Notes under the pieces: model-generated | The model's database searches: none | What the model saw: only the letters and a program-made list of their open reading frames with translations | Told to the model about the DNA's origin: nothing | Program-made: the position numbers and the translations under genes | Shown here: piece by piece, positions 61,189-64,000 of the stretch | How positions within the stretch are numbered: position 1 is the stretch's first letter | Layout of the letters: each line of letters starts with the position of its first letter | Assembly (NCBI GenBank): GCA_964291655.2 | Contig: OZ219802.1 | Coordinates: 1,664,001 to 1,728,000 of the forward strand | DNA from: Chloroflexota bacterium | GTDB taxonomy: Bacteria > Chloroflexota > UBA11872 > VXOZ01 | Reading direction: 5' to 3' | DNA length: 64,000 nucleotides

Positions 61189-61632
61189 TTAGGCGCGGTC
61201 CGGCGCGTCCGCTGCCGCCTGCGCTTCCGTGAGTTTTACTGCGGTGCTCCCCTCTTTTTTGAGAATCATCGTCGCGGTATCAAGGTCGGTGCACCGCACG
61301 ACCACAAGGGCTTGGACGCTGGTATCTTGCACTTCTATCGGGAGCGCCTTTTGACTGGTTAGGCGAATGTTAAGAAGCGCGCCGGCCGCGCCGCACAAAA
61401 CCATGACTGGCAGTAAGAATTCGCTCGGCACGACGAAGACCGTGCCGAGACCCAGCGCCCCGCCGATAACGCCCCCTTGCGCGCCGCGTAAGACAAGGCG
61501 GATCAACGCAGCCCGAGAGCCTTCGTGCTCGACTTTGACCATCTCCACTTCGAAGCCAAGCACCGCCAGCTCCTCTACCGCAAGGAGCGCCGCACTCCGC
61601 GTGTGGAACGATCCGATGAGTTGGCTTGCCAT
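61189..61632 (-). CDS. Hypothetical small membrane protein (glycine-zipper hairpin)
   Basis: IGSF.TRSAA..AVEEL followed by a GAQGGVIGGALG TM pair. Confidence 0.7.
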   Translation of the reverse strand: MASQLIGSFHTRSAALLAVEELAVLGFEVEMVKVEHEGSRAALIRLVLRGAQGGVIGGALGLGTVFVVPSEFLLPVMVLCGAAGALLNIRLTSQKALPIEVQDTSVQALVVVRCTDLDTATMILKKEGSTAVKLTEAQAAADAPDRA

Positions 61633-61787
61633 CACGCACCCCATTCGGTTTGAAAGAGCCGCCATTTAGCACCAGGGCCGCTGAATTCAGAGACTTCTCT
61701 TCGAAGCCGTTTCAACAGGCTTCTCACATTGCTCCATAGCATGCGGTATGGCGGCAGCAAGAGGATCAAATAACTATGGTTTGTGCA

Positions 61788-62153
61788 CTACTCGGCGCGG
61801 CGGGTGAGCAACGTCACCGCGTAGATCAGGCCGAGGAGCGGGACCACCGAAAAGACCAGTGCCAGCCACCAGTCGCCTTTCATGTTTCCTGACAGGATGG
61901 AGAGCGCCAGCGAGGCATCGGCAAGCATGTTTACCAAAATGAGTGCCGACCCAATCATCAGCAGCCTGCGAGACGGTTCACGCAGTATAACCATATACAG
62001 GAGCACAGCAGCCGTGACGGGGTGGACCAGCATGAGCGTGAGGCGCGACCAGAGGTCTCCGCCGTCCGCGAAGCCGCCCGTTAAGGCTGTCAATGCGGCG
62101 AGAAGCGCGTGAATTACTCCCAGCGCCAGTACTACGACCCGAAGAGTCTTCAT
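61788..62153 (-). CDS. Hypothetical four-TM membrane protein
   Basis: 121-aa hydrophobic ORF with RBS aggag. Confidence 0.8.
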   Translation of the reverse strand: MKTLRVVVLALGVIHALLAALTALTGGFADGGDLWSRLTLMLVHPVTAAVLLYMVILREPSRRLLMIGSALILVNMLADASLALSILSGNMKGDWWLALVFSVVPLLGLIYAVTLLTRRAE

Positions 62154-62494
62154 GTCTGCTCCTAGACCTCGCTTACTCTCTCCCGGAAACGCACTACGGA
62201 CAAGACATGCGTGTACTTCATTCCCGCTGCATGTAGAATTGGCCGCCGCTACCTGAAACTGTAATCCAACGGGGCGGGTATCAATTGGGAGGAATTGTGT
62301 CGCCAGTCGCGTAGCGAGCCGTGGATCGACAAAGAGTCAGGGCATTCAACGCTATGAAGGAACTACAATCCGGCAAATCTACCAAGGGCTCCCGGCACCA
62401 GCGACAAAGACGCTTTGATGCGTTGCTACGCTCTAGTATATAATGCCAGACTTAAGTGCACTATACCTCTTTCTCCAGTAAGGGTACAAACCGT

Positions 62495-64000
62495 ATGAAG
62501 GCGTATGCAACGGACACGATTCGTAATGTTGGGCTCTATTCCCACGTGGGCGCAGGCAAAACTTCTCTCGCAGAAGCAATGCTCTTCGCGACCGGTGCGA
62601 TCAATCGTCTTGGCTCCGTAGACAATGGCAGCACGGTCTCGGACTACGATCCGGACGAGGTCAAGCGCCAGATCTCTCTCAATCTTTCGCTTGTGCCGGT
62701 AGAGTGGAGCGATTCCAAGATCAATCTACTCGACACGCCAGGTTACGCCGACTTCTCCGGAGAGGTAGCCAGCGCTCTCCACGTTTCGGACGGCGCGGTG
62801 CTGGTCGTCGACGTGGCCAGCGGCGTGCAGGTCGGAACCGAAGAGTCCTGGGAGCGGATTACCGCCCATGAACTCCCGCGCTTGATCTTCGTCAATCGCA
62901 TGGACCGTGAGAATGCCGACTACGACAGCACTGTGGAAAGCCTCCGCGAGTTCTTTGGCAACAGTGTCGCGCCGCTGCATGTTCCCATTGGCGCCGAGGA
63001 TGACTTCAAGGGCGTGGTGGATATTTTGTCAAACACGGCCTACCTGTATGCCGATAACGCAGTGACCGAAGCCGCCGTGCCCGACGATCTTGAAGATACG
63101 GTGGAAGAGTTCCGTATGACTCTCATCGAGAATGTGGTGGAACTCGACGACGGTCTGACGGAGAAGTACTTGGAAGGCGAGGACATTACCGCCGATGAGC
63201 TGCAGGCCGCGCTCCACGAAGGCGTGCGGACCGGTCAAGTGACGCCGGTGCTGTGCGGCTCCGCAACGCGCAATGTCGGCGTGCACGCCCTTATGGACGC
63301 TATCGTCCGCTACCTTCCCTCACCTGCCGAGACCGCTGCCGCTAAGGCGACGCTGGAGGGCGAGGAGCAAGAGCTTGCCGCAGAATCCGATGGTCCGCTT
63401 GCCGCTTTCGTTTTCAAGACCCTGGCGGATCCCTACGTCGGCAAACTGTCTTTCATCCGTGTCTACTCAGGCACGCTTAGCTCAGATTCCCGCGTTTGGA
63501 ACGCAAATGCTGGATCTGAGGAACGCATCGGTCAGTTGCTCACGGTGCGCGGCCGCGAGCAGGAACCGGCAGACCACATTGCCGCCGGTGATATGGGCAC
63601 GGTTGCCAAGCTGGCAGAGACCCTTACCAGCCACACGCTGACTGAACGCAAGCAACCGCTGGTGCTGCCGGCCGTAACGTTCCCCCAGTGGCTCTTCACC
63701 GCCGCGATCGAGCCGACGTCGAAAGAAGACCTGGAAAAATTGAGTAGCGCGCTTGCGCGCGTCACGGAAGAAGACCCCAGCCTGCACGTGGAACGCCAAC
63801 CAATTACGGGTCAGACGCTCCTCTCCGGCATCGGGGAGACACACATCAACGTCGCGCTGGAACGCATGAAGCGCAAGTTTGGCGCAGACGTAAAGACCAT
63901 ACCGGTGAAAGTTCCGTATAAAGAGACGATCATGGGCACCGCCGCGGCCGAAGGACGCTTTGTACGGCAGACCGGCGGCCACGGCCAATACGCCGTCTGC
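62495..64000 (+). CDS. fusA: Elongation factor G paralog (EF-G2-like), runs off window end
   Basis: Manual translation MKAYATDTIRNVGLYSHVGAGKTSLAEAML..DYDPDEVKRQISL..DTPGYADF..NRMD..RQTGGHGQYA. The divergent G2 motif (RQIS rather than RGIT) and the absence of adjacent rpsL/rpsG indicate the secondary paralog. Confidence 0.93.
   Translation, partial: MKAYATDTIRNVGLYSHVGAGKTSLAEAMLFATGAINRLGSVDNGSTVSDYDPDEVKRQISLNLSLVPVEWSDSKINLLDTPGYADFSGEVASALHVSDGAVLVVDVASGVQVGTEESWERITAHELPRLIFVNRMDRENADYDSTVESLREFFGNSVAPLHVPIGAEDDFKGVVDILSNTAYLYADNAVTEAAVPDDLEDTVEEFRMTLIENVVELDDGLTEKYLEGEDITADELQAALHEGVRTGQVTPVLCGSATRNVGVHALMDAIVRYLPSPAETAAAKATLEGEEQELAAESDGPLAAFVFKTLADPYVGKLSFIRVYSGTLSSDSRVWNANAGSEERIGQLLTVRGREQEPADHIAAGDMGTVAKLAETLTSHTLTERKQPLVLPAVTFPQWLFTAAIEPTSKEDLEKLSSALARVTEEDPSLHVERQPITGQTLLSGIGETHINVALERMKRKFGADVKTIPVKVPYKETIMGTAAAEGRFVRQTGGHGQYAVC

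Noticed and set aside
62298-62406. Possible 6S-like or other structured RNA upstream of the EF-G paralog
   Set aside because: Only short pairings were found (tgtcgc/gcgaca and gagcc/ggctc); not supportable without a covariance-model search.

Overview
A GC-rich bacterial chromosome segment. Gene content and protein style suggest Chloroflexota (inference only). Housekeeping genes include polA (partial), pstSCAB, hflX, gndA, rplJ-rplL with an L10 leader, and an EF-G paralog (partial). Accessory genes include a sugar/sugar-acid catabolic cluster, solute-binding proteins, peptidases, an ECF CbiM/CbiQ pair and two orphan antitoxins. The intergenic DNA holds a dense, nested set of palindromic repeats in at least four families. 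One family flanks a RAYT tyrosine transposase and also sits in-frame inside it. Another brackets a small GIY-YIG nuclease in inverted orientation, which is the best candidate for an under-described REP-mobilising system. A third acts as a landing pad for a complete IS481, a complete IS1182 and several MITEs, with an empty-site copy in the same window. Other oddities are a cysteine-free QueF homolog (catalytic Cys replaced by Asp), a 26-bp tandem array copied from the rplL stop-codon hairpin, and a DUF255 protein with CxxC replaced by SxxS. I found no CRISPR array, tRNA or rRNA. All calls were made by eye, without database searches.
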